From: an uncultured bacterium
GTDB taxonomy: Bacteria > Patescibacteriota > Saccharimonadia > UBA4664 > SCTI01
Direction: 5' to 3'
NCBI GenBank assembly: GCA_965364395.1
Contig: CBDTXE010000002.1
Span: 1-35,887 of the forward strand
DNA length: 35,887 bases
Position numbers and translations under genes: made by a program
Shown here: positions 1 through 8,600 of the stretch, one piece after another
Numbering within the stretch: position 1 is the stretch's first letter
Layout: each line of letters starts with the position of its first letter
Notes under the pieces: generated by a model
What the model saw: only the letters and a program-made list of their open reading frames with translations
Databases searched by the model: none
Told to the model about the DNA's origin: nothing

Positions 1-108
1 CTCGTGCGTCACCATAAGCACTATCACTGAGGTTCCGGCTGGCATTGCGATTAGGTTAAACCGCCACCCGAACGAAAACCGAACTTAGTAGAGGGCACAG
101 AGGAGTGG

Positions 109-939
109 TTATTTGTAGTAGGCCTTGCGCTCAATGCGCAGGTCTATGTATTCCTTGGCCGTCTTGCCGGTACGCGCCAGCTCGGTCTGCACCGCCTTTA
201 GGTCTGCCAGTTCATTGGCCGCCGGCCGGGTGGTATCAAATTTGAGTACAAACCCCTTGTCGGTGCGGACATGCACTTCGCTGGTGGTCTCGGGGACTAC
301 CATCTCCCCCACCTTGATGCCGCGCCCCGGAAGCTGGCGGGCAATCTCGGTGCAGAACTGGACAAACACGGCCGGCGCTACCCTATCCCCTGTCTTGACT
401 GGCAGGTTGCTGCTATCAGTAACCACCGGCAGCATAGTGTACTCTCCCCTGCTCTGTCCAATGACCGTGCCGTCGGAATCCAACAGATAGGTAAGGTTAT
501 TGGTCTTCCAGTTCAGGCTGGGCTGGTGTTCAGCCAGCTTGATGGCGATGCCCGTAAGCCCATCGTGGCGGACATCGGCCTGCTTGATGCCTGGCTCGGA
601 ACTCTCAAGGTAGCCCTCCAAGGCCCCAGTATTAACCATTAGGGCGTTACGGCCAAACCATTGCCGCTGCAGGCCTTCACGGGCAACCCGCTCGATATGT
701 GCCGGGTCCAGGCCCTTGGTGCCAGTGACCGTCAACTTACCCAGTTTGGTGGATTGCGCGGCCAGTAATAGCATGAGCAATACCACTGTCGCAATAACCG
801 CGCGCTTGATCCACTGCCCTGATACCTGCAGGCGCGACAGGTCTATCCGAGGGCGCTGGGGCGGCAACGGACGCCGGCCGTAGTAACCGGGCCGTACGCC
901 GGCGCGCCTAACTTGCCGCTCCGCCCGGGTGGGTCTCAT
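109..939 (-). CDS. ftsQ: Cell division protein FtsQ/DivIB-like (basic N-tail, one TM helix, POTRA-type external region)
   Basis: 276-aa ORF directly after murG; its ATG overlaps the murG stop (ATGA at 936-939). TM segment VIATVVLLMLLLAA is followed by a POTRA-like region. Position is the last gene of the dcw block. Confidence 0.75.
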   Translation of the reverse strand: MRPTRAERQVRRAGVRPGYYGRRPLPPQRPRIDLSRLQVSGQWIKRAVIATVVLLMLLLAAQSTKLGKLTVTGTKGLDPAHIERVAREGLQRQWFGRNALMVNTGALEGYLESSEPGIKQADVRHDGLTGIAIKLAEHQPSLNWKTNNLTYLLDSDGTVIGQSRGEYTMLPVVTDSSNLPVKTGDRVAPAVFVQFCTEIARQLPGRGIKVGEMVVPETTSEVHVRTDKGFVLKFDTTRPAANELADLKAVQTELARTGKTAKEYIDLRIERKAYYK

Positions 940-2108
940 CGTCCCTCCCCTACCTTGGCAACCAGCCCGGCAATCATGTCCGCGGCCTCAGCAACGTAAA
1001 TGGCCGACAGTCGCGTCGCTAGCTTGCGCTGCCCTTCCCCGTCGGCCAGCAGCTTCTCAAGCTCTTGGACCAGTGACCGGACGGTCAGGTCCTCTTCCCG
1101 GAGTACCTTGGCCGCACCGGAGCGGCGCAGGCGTTCGGCATTGACCAACTGATGGGCGGCCATGAGCCGGTTGGGTATCAGAATGGTCGGCTTGGAGGTA
1201 GCGGCAAGCTCGGCAATGGTATTGGCGCCGGCGCGGCTGAGCACAACGTCGGCCGCGGACAGCGCCAGCGCCATCTTATCGGCGTCCACAAATGGCGCGA
1301 TGACCAGACCTTTGCCCTTATCAATGCCTGCCGCCTTGGCCTTGGCGGTCACGCGCCCAAGCTCGCCCTGGCCGCAAATTAATAATATCTGGACGGCTCC
1401 TAGAAGTTCCGGTGCGGCGTCCAGCACCACATTATTAATGGTCTGGGCACCCTGGCTGCCTCCCATAACCAGCACCACCGGCCGGCGGGCGGAAAAACCA
1501 AAAGATCTGAGGGCGGCCGGCTTTGCACGGGCGGTTATCTCGGGACGGACCGGATTACCTGTAAAGATTAGTTTGTCCAACGGCAGCGACGGCTGGCTGC
1601 CCGTCTTATAGGCCTGCAGCGGAAAGCCCACCGCCACCGCCTGCGCCCACCGGGAGACAATCTTGTTACCCAAGCCGGGCACGACGTCGGACTCGTGGAT
1701 GACTACGGGAATGCCAAGCATTCTTGCCGCAGTGGCCACGGGCAGGCCAACAAAGCCGCCTTTACAGAACACCACGTCCGGCCTAAACCGACGCAGGTGC
1801 CGCAGGCTGGATGCCACGCCCGCGGTGGTGCGCCCCAGGTCCCGGGCATTTAGTGCCAGGCTGCGGACGTCGGACAGTTTTTGCACGATGGAAGCATGCG
1901 GCACGCGGCGGTATTTGCCGGCGGCGATGCCCACAAAAGGAATACCGGCGTCACGGGCCATATGGGACTCCATGCCGGTACGCTGCCCAATGTAGAGCAG
2001 TTCCAGCGGGGTGCCGGTGGCCTTAGCGTGCCGCTTTAACGCGTCGACGACCGCTAGGATTGGAGAGATATGACCGGCCGACCCCCCGCCGGTTACGACT
2101 ATCCGCAT
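936..2108 (-). CDS. murG: UDP-N-acetylglucosamine--lipid I GlcNAc transferase MurG
   Basis: Start moved to MRIVVTGGGSAGHISP (the conserved GGTGGH-type N-terminus), ATG at 2108 behind GAGGAAG. The ORF-track start at 2162 is an upstream extension. Overlaps the ftsW 3' end by 86 nt. Confidence 0.9.
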   Translation of the reverse strand: MRIVVTGGGSAGHISPILAVVDALKRHAKATGTPLELLYIGQRTGMESHMARDAGIPFVGIAAGKYRRVPHASIVQKLSDVRSLALNARDLGRTTAGVASSLRHLRRFRPDVVFCKGGFVGLPVATAARMLGIPVVIHESDVVPGLGNKIVSRWAQAVAVGFPLQAYKTGSQPSLPLDKLIFTGNPVRPEITARAKPAALRSFGFSARRPVVLVMGGSQGAQTINNVVLDAAPELLGAVQILLICGQGELGRVTAKAKAAGIDKGKGLVIAPFVDADKMALALSAADVVLSRAGANTIAELAATSKPTILIPNRLMAAHQLVNAERLRRSGAAKVLREEDLTVRSLVQELEKLLADGEGQRKLATRLSAIYVAEAADMIAGLVAKVGEGR

Positions 2109-3243
2109 GCGCTTCCTCGTGTACCGTGTACTTAGAAATATTAAATAACAAACCCATGGCAAACATCATAATAACCAAGCTGGAGCCTCCATAACTAATG
2201 AAAGGCAGTGGAATGCCGGTCAGGGGCACGATGCTGAGCATCGCGGCCACATTAATGAAAGACTGGAACATGATGATCAGTGTGATACCGGTAGCCGTCA
2301 ACCGGCCAAAGGTGTCGGGCGCGCGGCGGGCAATCTCGATGCCGCGCCAGACAATGAGGCCAAACAGTCCAATAACCAGCAGCGCCCCAATCAGCCCAAA
2401 TTCCTCACCAATAACCGCAAAGATTGAATCGTTGGAGGCTTCCGGCAGGTAGCCGTAAATTTGGATGCTCTTGCCCAGGCCCAAGCCAAACAGGCCGCCG
2501 CTACCCAGTGCGATCAGTGCCTGGCTGATGTGGTAACCGTCGCCGGTGGCGTCCTTGGTGGGGTCCAAAAAGGTGAGGAACCGCTCCATGCGGTGAGGGA
2601 AAGTCACGATTGCCAGCCAGCCCAGAGTGGCGCCCGTAGCCAATATCATCATGAGATGGCGCAAGCGGATGCCGGCGACGTAAAACATGCCGACGGCCGC
2701 CAGGGCCAGTACCATCATCGTGCCCATGTCGCGCTGGAAAACAACCACCACGATACTGCTAATACCCAGCATGACCGAGAACGGCACGACGCCGTCCCAG
2801 AAGCTTTTAATATCTTCACCACGCTTTTCAAACCAAGCAGCCAGATAAATAACCAATGAAATCTTCAGCAGCTCGGCCGGCTGGAAAGACACCGGGCCAA
2901 GGTCCAGCCAGCGAGTCGCCCCATTTTTATGGGTGTTCAGACCGGGGACCAGCAGCAACACGAGGGCAAAGATGGCCAGGATCAAAATGGGCAATGCAAA
3001 CTGCCGCCAGCGCTGGTAGAAAATGCTGGTTGCCAGCGCCCATGCCGCTAGTCCGGCGGTAATATTTACCATCTGCCCGCGGAAGTAGTAGCCGGCGTCA
3101 ACCCGGCCAAGTAGCTTCTGGCTGAGTGCCGGATTGATGTTGTACATCATAATCAGGCCAAACGCCAATAGCACAAATACCGCCAACGCCAAGATATAGT
3201 CGCCGCGGTGGCCACGTATTAAGGCCGGTTGCGTCAATGCCAT
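2023..3243 (-). CDS. ftsW: SEDS-family peptidoglycan glycosyltransferase FtsW
   Basis: 406-aa polytopic membrane ORF with SEDS-like motifs (PEASNDSIFAVIGEEFG, PLTGIPLPFISYGGSS). AAGGAGG lies upstream of the ATG at 3243. Lies between mraY and murG. Confidence 0.9.
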   Translation of the reverse strand: MALTQPALIRGHRGDYILALAVFVLLAFGLIMMYNINPALSQKLLGRVDAGYYFRGQMVNITAGLAAWALATSIFYQRWRQFALPILILAIFALVLLLVPGLNTHKNGATRWLDLGPVSFQPAELLKISLVIYLAAWFEKRGEDIKSFWDGVVPFSVMLGISSIVVVVFQRDMGTMMVLALAAVGMFYVAGIRLRHLMMILATGATLGWLAIVTFPHRMERFLTFLDPTKDATGDGYHISQALIALGSGGLFGLGLGKSIQIYGYLPEASNDSIFAVIGEEFGLIGALLVIGLFGLIVWRGIEIARRAPDTFGRLTATGITLIIMFQSFINVAAMLSIVPLTGIPLPFISYGGSSLVIMMFAMGLLFNISKYTVHEEAHADSRNRRGVGRSYLSNPSGRRRVKAAR

Positions 3244-3253
3244 CAGCCCTCCT

Positions 3254-4291
3254 TTACAGCGCTTTATTACCCAGCAGCCCGATAATCAGGCCCAGCACCC
3301 CTACCACCTGCCCAATAACCCACAGGCGCATGGTTACTTTTGTCTCGGGCCAACCAATGGCCTCCAAATGGTGGTGTACCGGCGCGGACAAGAAAATTTT
3401 GCGCTTAAGCAACTTCTTGGAGATGATTTGCAGGGCGCTGGAGCCGGCCTCAACCACAAATACGGCGCCGATGATAGGCAAAATCAGCACGGCGTTAGTC
3501 AAGACGGCCACCACCCCTAAGGTAGTCCCCAGGGCAAAAGCACCGGAATCGCCCATGAAAAACCGTGCGGGGTAAATATTAAACCAGGTGTAGGTCAGCA
3601 TGACGCCCACGATAGTGGCGCAGAAAGCCGCAATACCAAAGCTGCCTTGGAAATAGGCAATCACGCCAAACGCCGCAAAAGCGGATATAAGAAGGCCGCC
3701 GGACAGCCCGTCCAGGCCGTCAGTAATGTTTACCGCATTGGCAGTGGAAACTACCACCGCAATGAACAGTGGGATGTACAGCCAGCCAATCGAGAAATCG
3801 CCAACGGCCGGCACGTGTATCAGGTGGTAGCCAAGAACCAGGTTGAACCAAAGCGCACCAAGCAATGCGACGCCAAAAATCAGGGAAAACTTCAACTTGC
3901 TGCGCAGTCCGGCAACGCCTTTGCCGTCACCCCGGATATTGATCCAGTCGTCCAACAAGCCTACGGCTCCGGCGCCAACCAGCACGGCCAGCGGCAGCCA
4001 GGTCTGGTTGCGGTCCAGGTTCAGCGCCAGCGTGACAATGGCAACCGCGACAACGATCACCAGGCCGCCCATCGTTGGGATATTACGCTTATGCTTAGCG
4101 GCGTGGAGCTTGTGGAAAATCGGCGCTTTTTCACCGGTGGTGGCAGTGTCCCTGACCTGTTTCCACCACTTATAGTGGTAAGCCAGCGACGTATACACCG
4201 GCGTCAACAGCATTGCCAGCGTAAAGCCGGCAAAGCCCAGGAGCAAAATCCGTGACAGCGAGACTATCTCTGCGTTATTTATGAAGTCCAT
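3254..4291 (-). CDS. mraY: Phospho-N-acetylmuramoyl-pentapeptide transferase MraY
   Basis: 345-aa polytopic membrane ORF with MraY motifs (NAVNITDGLDGL, MGDSGAFALG, APVHHHLE). Confidence 0.92.
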   Translation of the reverse strand: MDFINNAEIVSLSRILLLGFAGFTLAMLLTPVYTSLAYHYKWWKQVRDTATTGEKAPIFHKLHAAKHKRNIPTMGGLVIVVAVAIVTLALNLDRNQTWLPLAVLVGAGAVGLLDDWINIRGDGKGVAGLRSKLKFSLIFGVALLGALWFNLVLGYHLIHVPAVGDFSIGWLYIPLFIAVVVSTANAVNITDGLDGLSGGLLISAFAAFGVIAYFQGSFGIAAFCATIVGVMLTYTWFNIYPARFFMGDSGAFALGTTLGVVAVLTNAVLILPIIGAVFVVEAGSSALQIISKKLLKRKIFLSAPVHHHLEAIGWPETKVTMRLWVIGQVVGVLGLIIGLLGNKAL

Positions 4292-4339
4292 ACTAGTGAT
4301 ACCTTACCATGTTTATACCTGTTAGCGTAAGTAGTTTCA

Positions 4340-6082
4340 TCAGGGCGCCGTTGGCGGCACCGCGTAATACTGCAGCAGCCAGCGAGTCAGGTTGGCAAAT
4401 ATCGGCACCGTTGTTTTTTCGGCAAACCCCTCTACCTTGGGCTTGTTCACCCGTACCATAACCACAAACTTGGCATCCTGGGCGGGCGCAAAGCCCACAA
4501 ACGTGCCGATGTTACCCAGTTTAAGGTATCCCCCCTTGGGATCGGGTATCTGGGCGGTGCCGGTTTTGCCGGCAATGTCGTAGCCGGGCGTCTTAGCCAG
4601 ATAGCCCGATCCCCTCTCAACCACAACTTTCATCATACCGGTAAGGTCGCTGGCGGCCTGCTTTGAAATGACGTCCTGCTTGACCACGAATGGCTGGGTC
4701 TTCTGAACTGTGCCATCCGGCCGCGCCTTTTCCTCAATCAGATACGGCTTATATAGCGTTCCCCCGTTGGCCACCGCCGAGACGCCCGCGGCCATCTGTA
4801 GCATCGTGACCGACAGTCCCTGTCCAAAGGTCATGTTGGCGTAGTTGGTATCGTTACTGCTCGGCGGATTAACTTTGCCGGCCGACTCTCCGCTCTGCTC
4901 TATCCCCGTCCGCTGGCCAAACTTGAAACGTTCGTGGATGTAAGCGTAGAAGGCCTTTTTGGACTGGGCGGTGATTTCCTCGGCGTTGCCGCCCAGGGAC
5001 CGCAGTATGAAGATCATGCCGGTATTCAGCGAGTCGCGCAGGGCGTTGGTCATGCTGGTATTGGGGCCTAGACGGTGCCCGGCCGCGTTGCAGGTCTTGT
5101 GCTCGTGGATTTGCACGCACCCCGTGTCGTTGTAGCGGGTATCGGGAGTGATTTTGCCGGAATCCAGACCGGCCGCCACCGTGAACACTTTGAAGCCCGA
5201 CCCGGGTTCAAAGGCATTGGTGACTACCTGGTTTTCAAAGTCCCGGTAATCCTTGACGGCAGAATAGGTATTTGGGTCATAGCTGGGATAGTTTGCCATG
5301 GCTTTGACTGCGCCCGTTTTGGGGTCCATAACTATGACGCTGCCCGAGTCCGCCCTGACGTTCTCCACGCCCTCTTTCAGGAAACGCTCGGCCTGGGCCT
5401 GGATGTTGCGGTCGAGAGTTAGCACCATGGTGGCGCCGTCTACCGGCGGCTTGCTCATGTTGTCGGACGTGGCGATGGGGACGCCGTTGGTATCCGTCTT
5501 GGCATTGAGGAGCCCCGGCGTGCCCTTGAGTTCTTTATCAACAAAGCCCTCGACGCCGTACTGGCCCACCCCGTCGTTATTAACAAAGCCGAGGACCTGG
5601 CTAGCCAGCTGCCCTTCGGGATAAGTGCGGTATGTTTGGTTGACCATGCCGATGCCGTGGAGTTTTAGCGCGCGGATCCTAGTGGCCATTTCCTCGGGTA
5701 CGCGCGTCTTGATGACGGCATATTCTTTACCCTTCTCCAGGGCGTCAAGGTACTTCCGGGCAGGCTCCCCCGTGACCTCAGCCAGCCGCCGGGCGGTTTC
5801 CGGCTTGTCGGGAACCTGGGTAGGATCGGCATACACCAGCTTGAGCGTCTGGTTCAGTGCCAACGGCACCTTAGTCTCGCCGTCGCGCAGGTATATCTGT
5901 CCGCGTGCGGATGGCACGACATATTTGCGCTGGTGCTCATTGGCCGCCATCGCCCGATAGTGGCCGTTCATAGCCACCTGTATATACGCCAAACGCGCAG
6001 CCAATATCGCGCCTAAAATTAACAATAGGCATTGAAGGCCGCGCAGACGCGCCGAACTGGATCCCCCTGCTGTAAAACGCAT
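4340..6082 (-). CDS. ftsI: Class B penicillin-binding protein / septal transpeptidase (FtsI-like)
   Basis: 580-aa ORF with an N-terminal TM anchor and SxxK (SGFK), SxN (SLN) and KTGTA motifs. AGGAAG lies upstream of the ATG. Follows the ftsL-like gene. Confidence 0.88.
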   Translation of the reverse strand: MRFTAGGSSSARLRGLQCLLLILGAILAARLAYIQVAMNGHYRAMAANEHQRKYVVPSARGQIYLRDGETKVPLALNQTLKLVYADPTQVPDKPETARRLAEVTGEPARKYLDALEKGKEYAVIKTRVPEEMATRIRALKLHGIGMVNQTYRTYPEGQLASQVLGFVNNDGVGQYGVEGFVDKELKGTPGLLNAKTDTNGVPIATSDNMSKPPVDGATMVLTLDRNIQAQAERFLKEGVENVRADSGSVIVMDPKTGAVKAMANYPSYDPNTYSAVKDYRDFENQVVTNAFEPGSGFKVFTVAAGLDSGKITPDTRYNDTGCVQIHEHKTCNAAGHRLGPNTSMTNALRDSLNTGMIFILRSLGGNAEEITAQSKKAFYAYIHERFKFGQRTGIEQSGESAGKVNPPSSNDTNYANMTFGQGLSVTMLQMAAGVSAVANGGTLYKPYLIEEKARPDGTVQKTQPFVVKQDVISKQAASDLTGMMKVVVERGSGYLAKTPGYDIAGKTGTAQIPDPKGGYLKLGNIGTFVGFAPAQDAKFVVMVRVNKPKVEGFAEKTTVPIFANLTRWLLQYYAVPPTAP

Positions 6083-6089
6083 GTGCTTC

Positions 6090-6410
6090 CTACTTAGCGT
6101 AGGTCACTTGCGTGGTTGGCACAAGCCCGCTGACGCGCTTGGAGTTCTGAATCTGCTGGATGGATGTCAGCCGGGCGGCCTCCACCTCAAGCTCCTGCTT
6201 GGCGGCTACCGCCTGGGCGCGCTTGCGCTCAAGATCCGACCTAACGTAGCCAAACTCGCTTTGCTTGGTTATTTGATTGAGGTACAACAGTGCCAACACG
6301 GCAACCACCGCTACCATGACCAAACTGGCCGATACGGGCCCTAGTTTCAGTTCAGCCTTGTTCCGATAGAGGTTCTGGTTGCGCCGCACTGCGATAGTTG
6401 CGGTGCTCAT
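6090..6410 (-). CDS. ftsL: FtsL/DivIC-like septum formation protein (TM helix plus coiled coil)
   Basis: Start moved to MSTATIAV (ATG 6410), preceded by AAGGAG. Has one TM helix (VMVAVVAVLALLYL) followed by a heptad-like region. Position is immediately upstream of ftsI. Confidence 0.65.
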   Translation of the reverse strand: MSTATIAVRRNQNLYRNKAELKLGPVSASLVMVAVVAVLALLYLNQITKQSEFGYVRSDLERKRAQAVAAKQELEVEAARLTSIQQIQNSKRVSGLVPTTQVTYAK

Positions 6411-6635
6411 ATACGCGGGTTTTCTCCTTTGTTTTGGTGTTTTTTGGTTTTTTGCTTGGACGCCTAACGTCCACGTACGGACAGCCGACCCCATCTCATC
6501 ATGGATCGTCTTTATGCCATACTCCCGACTAACGGGCCGGTGGTTGGCGGCGCTCATCTCTTTTGCCGCCGCCAACCAAAGGCTAGCGTAGTCCCCTTAC
6601 CGGATCACGCCGGCCTACCGGCCAGGTGTCCGTCG

Positions 6636-6707
6636 TTACTTAACGCGGACGTGCACCACTTTGATGCGGCGGGCGCGAATGGGTGCAACTTTGATAGCTA
6701 CGCTCAT
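6636..6707 (-). CDS. Candidate 23-codon basic micro-ORF translationally coupled to rsmH (MSVAIKVAPIRARRIKVVHVRVK)
   Basis: Hand translation. Its ATG overlaps the rsmH stop (ATGA), and AAGGAG embedded in the last rsmH codons sits 5 nt upstream. Too short for the ORF track. Confidence 0.35.
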   Translation of the reverse strand: MSVAIKVAPIRARRIKVVHVRVK

Positions 6708-7630
6708 GTCTGCTCCTTTTGGTTTTTTATTTTCACAGCGGCTCGCAGCTTGGCGCTACGTGCTCGCGGGTTAAAAGCGTCTTCAGTTCCGGCCACCGCT
6801 TTCTTTGTCAGCTTGCGTACGCTAGCCTGGTGGCTGCACGTACACACCGGCTGCGGTGGCGGACAGATACAATCGCGCGACTCACGATTGAAGAATTCCT
6901 TGACAATGCGATCTTCCAAAGAATGGAAGCTGATAACGGCCATGCGGCCGCCCGGCGTGAGCAGTTCCAGGATTTCCGGCAATGCCGTCCGTAACTGCTG
7001 CAGTTCCTGGTTGAGGTAGATCCGCAACGCCTGGAACGTCCGGGTGGCGGGATGGATATCCCCTCCCCGGCCGAGAACCCTGGTTACGGTGTTGGCCAGC
7101 TCTTCCGTCGTCTGCAGCGGTCGGCTACGCACGATGGCCTTAGCGATGGCCCTGGACCGCCGTTCCTCCCCATACTGGTAAAGGATGTCGGCCAGTTCCC
7201 GTTCAAGCATGCTATTGACCACGTCCGCTGCCGTTTGCGGCTCCGACGTGTCCATGCGCATATCCAATGGTCCGGCAGTGCGGAAGCTAAAGCCCCGCTC
7301 GCTTCTGTCAAGTTGTGGTGACGAAACCCCCAGGTCAAGCAGTGCCATGTCGACCTGCCTCCCGCGTGCGCGGAAAGCCGCGGCGGCACTGGCAAAGTCG
7401 GAATGGACTACCTCTGCCCGCTGGCCAAACTTTTCCTGCAATGCGCCAATTGCTTCGGAATCCCGGTCCACCAATATTAGGTGTCCGGAGGGCCCTACGG
7501 CTTTGGCGACGGCTGAGGCGTGGCCGCCGTAGCCGGCGGTACCATCAAAGTAGATTTCGCCCAGTTGTGGATTGAGCAGCGAAATCGTCTCCTGCAGCAG
7601 TACAGGGATGTGAGGTTGTGGGCGGGTCAT
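6704..7630 (-). CDS. rsmH: 16S rRNA (cytosine1402-N4)-methyltransferase RsmH (MraW)
   Basis: Start chosen at MTRPQPHIPVLLQE (ATG 7630) by analogy with the short N-termini of RsmH homologs. DGTAGYGGHA SAM motif present. The ORF-track start at 7723 (GTG) would read through a CA-rich repeat. Confidence 0.85.
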   Translation of the reverse strand: MTRPQPHIPVLLQETISLLNPQLGEIYFDGTAGYGGHASAVAKAVGPSGHLILVDRDSEAIGALQEKFGQRAEVVHSDFASAAAAFRARGRQVDMALLDLGVSSPQLDRSERGFSFRTAGPLDMRMDTSEPQTAADVVNSMLERELADILYQYGEERRSRAIAKAIVRSRPLQTTEELANTVTRVLGRGGDIHPATRTFQALRIYLNQELQQLRTALPEILELLTPGGRMAVISFHSLEDRIVKEFFNRESRDCICPPPQPVCTCSHQASVRKLTKKAVAGTEDAFNPRARSAKLRAAVKIKNQKEQT

Positions 7631-7698
7631 ACTACCCTGGAATGTATCACAGATTTTTGGTATCCGCATGGTGACCGCGGCGACGTGCCTGTGATACA

Positions 7699-7958
7699 GT
7701 TTTTTGTTTTGGTTCAAGGTCACCTAACCAGCAGCCAACTTTTGTTTGAAAGTTTTTGTTTTTGGTTGGCCAGCCTCTGGTGGGGCTGGAAAGAGTTGTG
7801 GTAAGGAATCGTCATGAACGCTAACGCGCTCGTGAATAATTCCTTAAAACGATTGTGTGAGGTGGAGTTTTTGCTAGAAAGAGCCAGGGTGTTACCGATC
7901 CCTAAAACGGGGATGCTGGCTGCCAGATAGGTGTTCTCGAGTTTTTGTTTTGGTTTTT
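7699..7958 (-). repeat. Three dispersed copies of a G-free CA-rich 15-16-mer (minus strand AACCAAAA(A)CAAAAA(A)CT) in the mraZ-rsmH spacer
   Basis: Plus-strand reads are GTTTTTTGTTTTGGTT at 7699-7714, GTTTTTGTTTTTGGTT at 7752-7767 and GTTTTTGTTTTGGTT at 7941-7955. Related runs occur upstream of ftsL (6431-6455) and of the beta-helix gene (35491-35515). Confidence 0.6.
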
Positions 7959-8004
7959 AAGATACAAGTGCTTACTAATGAGTTTGGTGGGGTTTTGCGG
8001 GGAT

Positions 8005-8391
8005 TTAGTCGGCAGCCTCTAGCGCCCAGTAAGAACGTCCGCCGTTGGTTTTCACCCGGAAGGCATTCACGCCTTTCTTGATGCCGGCAAAGTCCTTGAA
8101 TCGCTGCTCTACAGTGACTCTTCCCTGCTTGCTATCCATCTGCATGATGGATTGGCCCGATTGAATCTGCCGGTTGAGGCGGAAACTCTCCACGTCCGTG
8201 AAGTCCCCCTCAAGTGCAGGCTCAATTACGCTCTCCCAGTATTCTTGGGAGTACAACGCCAGGGTGTTGTCAAATCCTTTAGTGAGTACGACGTATCCGT
8301 CTTTGAACTCGGGACGGACTTCCACCGGAATTGTCAGGCGGTTTTTGTCATCCAGTTTACGTTCAAAGTTGTTCATCGTGCTCCGTTTCAA
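8005..8391 (-). CDS. mraZ: Transcriptional regulator MraZ
   Basis: 128-aa ORF with the duplicated SpoVT/AbrB-like MraZ pattern (LDDKNRLTIPVEVR ... MDSKQGRVTVEQRF). First gene of the dcw cluster. Confidence 0.9.
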   Translation of the reverse strand: MKRSTMNNFERKLDDKNRLTIPVEVRPEFKDGYVVLTKGFDNTLALYSQEYWESVIEPALEGDFTDVESFRLNRQIQSGQSIMQMDSKQGRVTVEQRFKDFAGIKKGVNAFRVKTNGGRSYWALEAAD

Positions 8392-8432
8392 CCCTCTATG
8401 AGCTGTTTGTTGGGCAACTCATTAACCTAAGC

Positions 8433-8483
8433 ATAGTACCCACACTTACCCACTGTCAACCACTTTTACCCACATAATTCCAC
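8433..8483 (-). promoter_or_regulatory. dcw promoter overlapped by 4-5 direct GTGGGTA repeats at 10-bp phasing (MraZ-box-like operator)
   Basis: Minus strand reads GTGGAAT-GTGGGTA-GTGGTTG-GTGGGTA-GTGGGTA, starting every 10 nt (plus 8477-8483, 8467-8473, 8457-8463, 8447-8453, 8437-8443). TTGACA (8459-8454) lies inside the third repeat. The -10 is either TACTAT (8438-8433) or TATGCT (8435-8430). Confidence 0.6.
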
Positions 8484-8503
8484 CCGCAGGCTCAATGTGC
8501 AGC

Positions 8504-8523
8504 AAAAAAGGCTCCGGAGAGCC
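8504..8523 (-). terminator. Intrinsic terminator after ORFan 8601-9035 (GGCTC-TCCG-GAGCC plus T6)
   Basis: 5-bp GC stem followed by TTTTTT on the minus strand. A 12-bp hairpin without a U-tract (8553-8583) lies just upstream of it. Confidence 0.55.
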
Positions 8524-8600
8524 ATTTCATATAATTCACGATAGTTGTTTGGCATTGGGGCGGGCGGTCTACCCGCCCCAATGCGCCGCAGGGATCCCTG

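Noticed and set aside
1-108. Possible start of the next minus-strand gene (ATG at 45-43, MPAGTSVIVLMVTHE...), 7 nt after a TAACCT -10-like hexamer
   Set aside because: Only 15 codons are visible and show no recognisable similarity, for example not an FtsA or FtsZ N-terminus. That is too little to support a feature.
7720-7815. 31-codon minus-strand ORF (MTIPYHNSFQPHQRLANQKQKLSNKSWLLVR) inside the mraZ-rsmH spacer
   Set aside because: It has no SD or -10 at the right distance, and it reads straight through two CA-rich repeats. It is more likely non-coding.
7699-7958. Whether the repeated CA-rich elements could be a CRISPR array or tandem repeat
   Set aside because: The copies are imperfect and only 15-16 nt long. 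Their spacings are irregular (about 53 and 189 nt), there is no palindromic repeat structure and no cas genes. This is not a CRISPR array.
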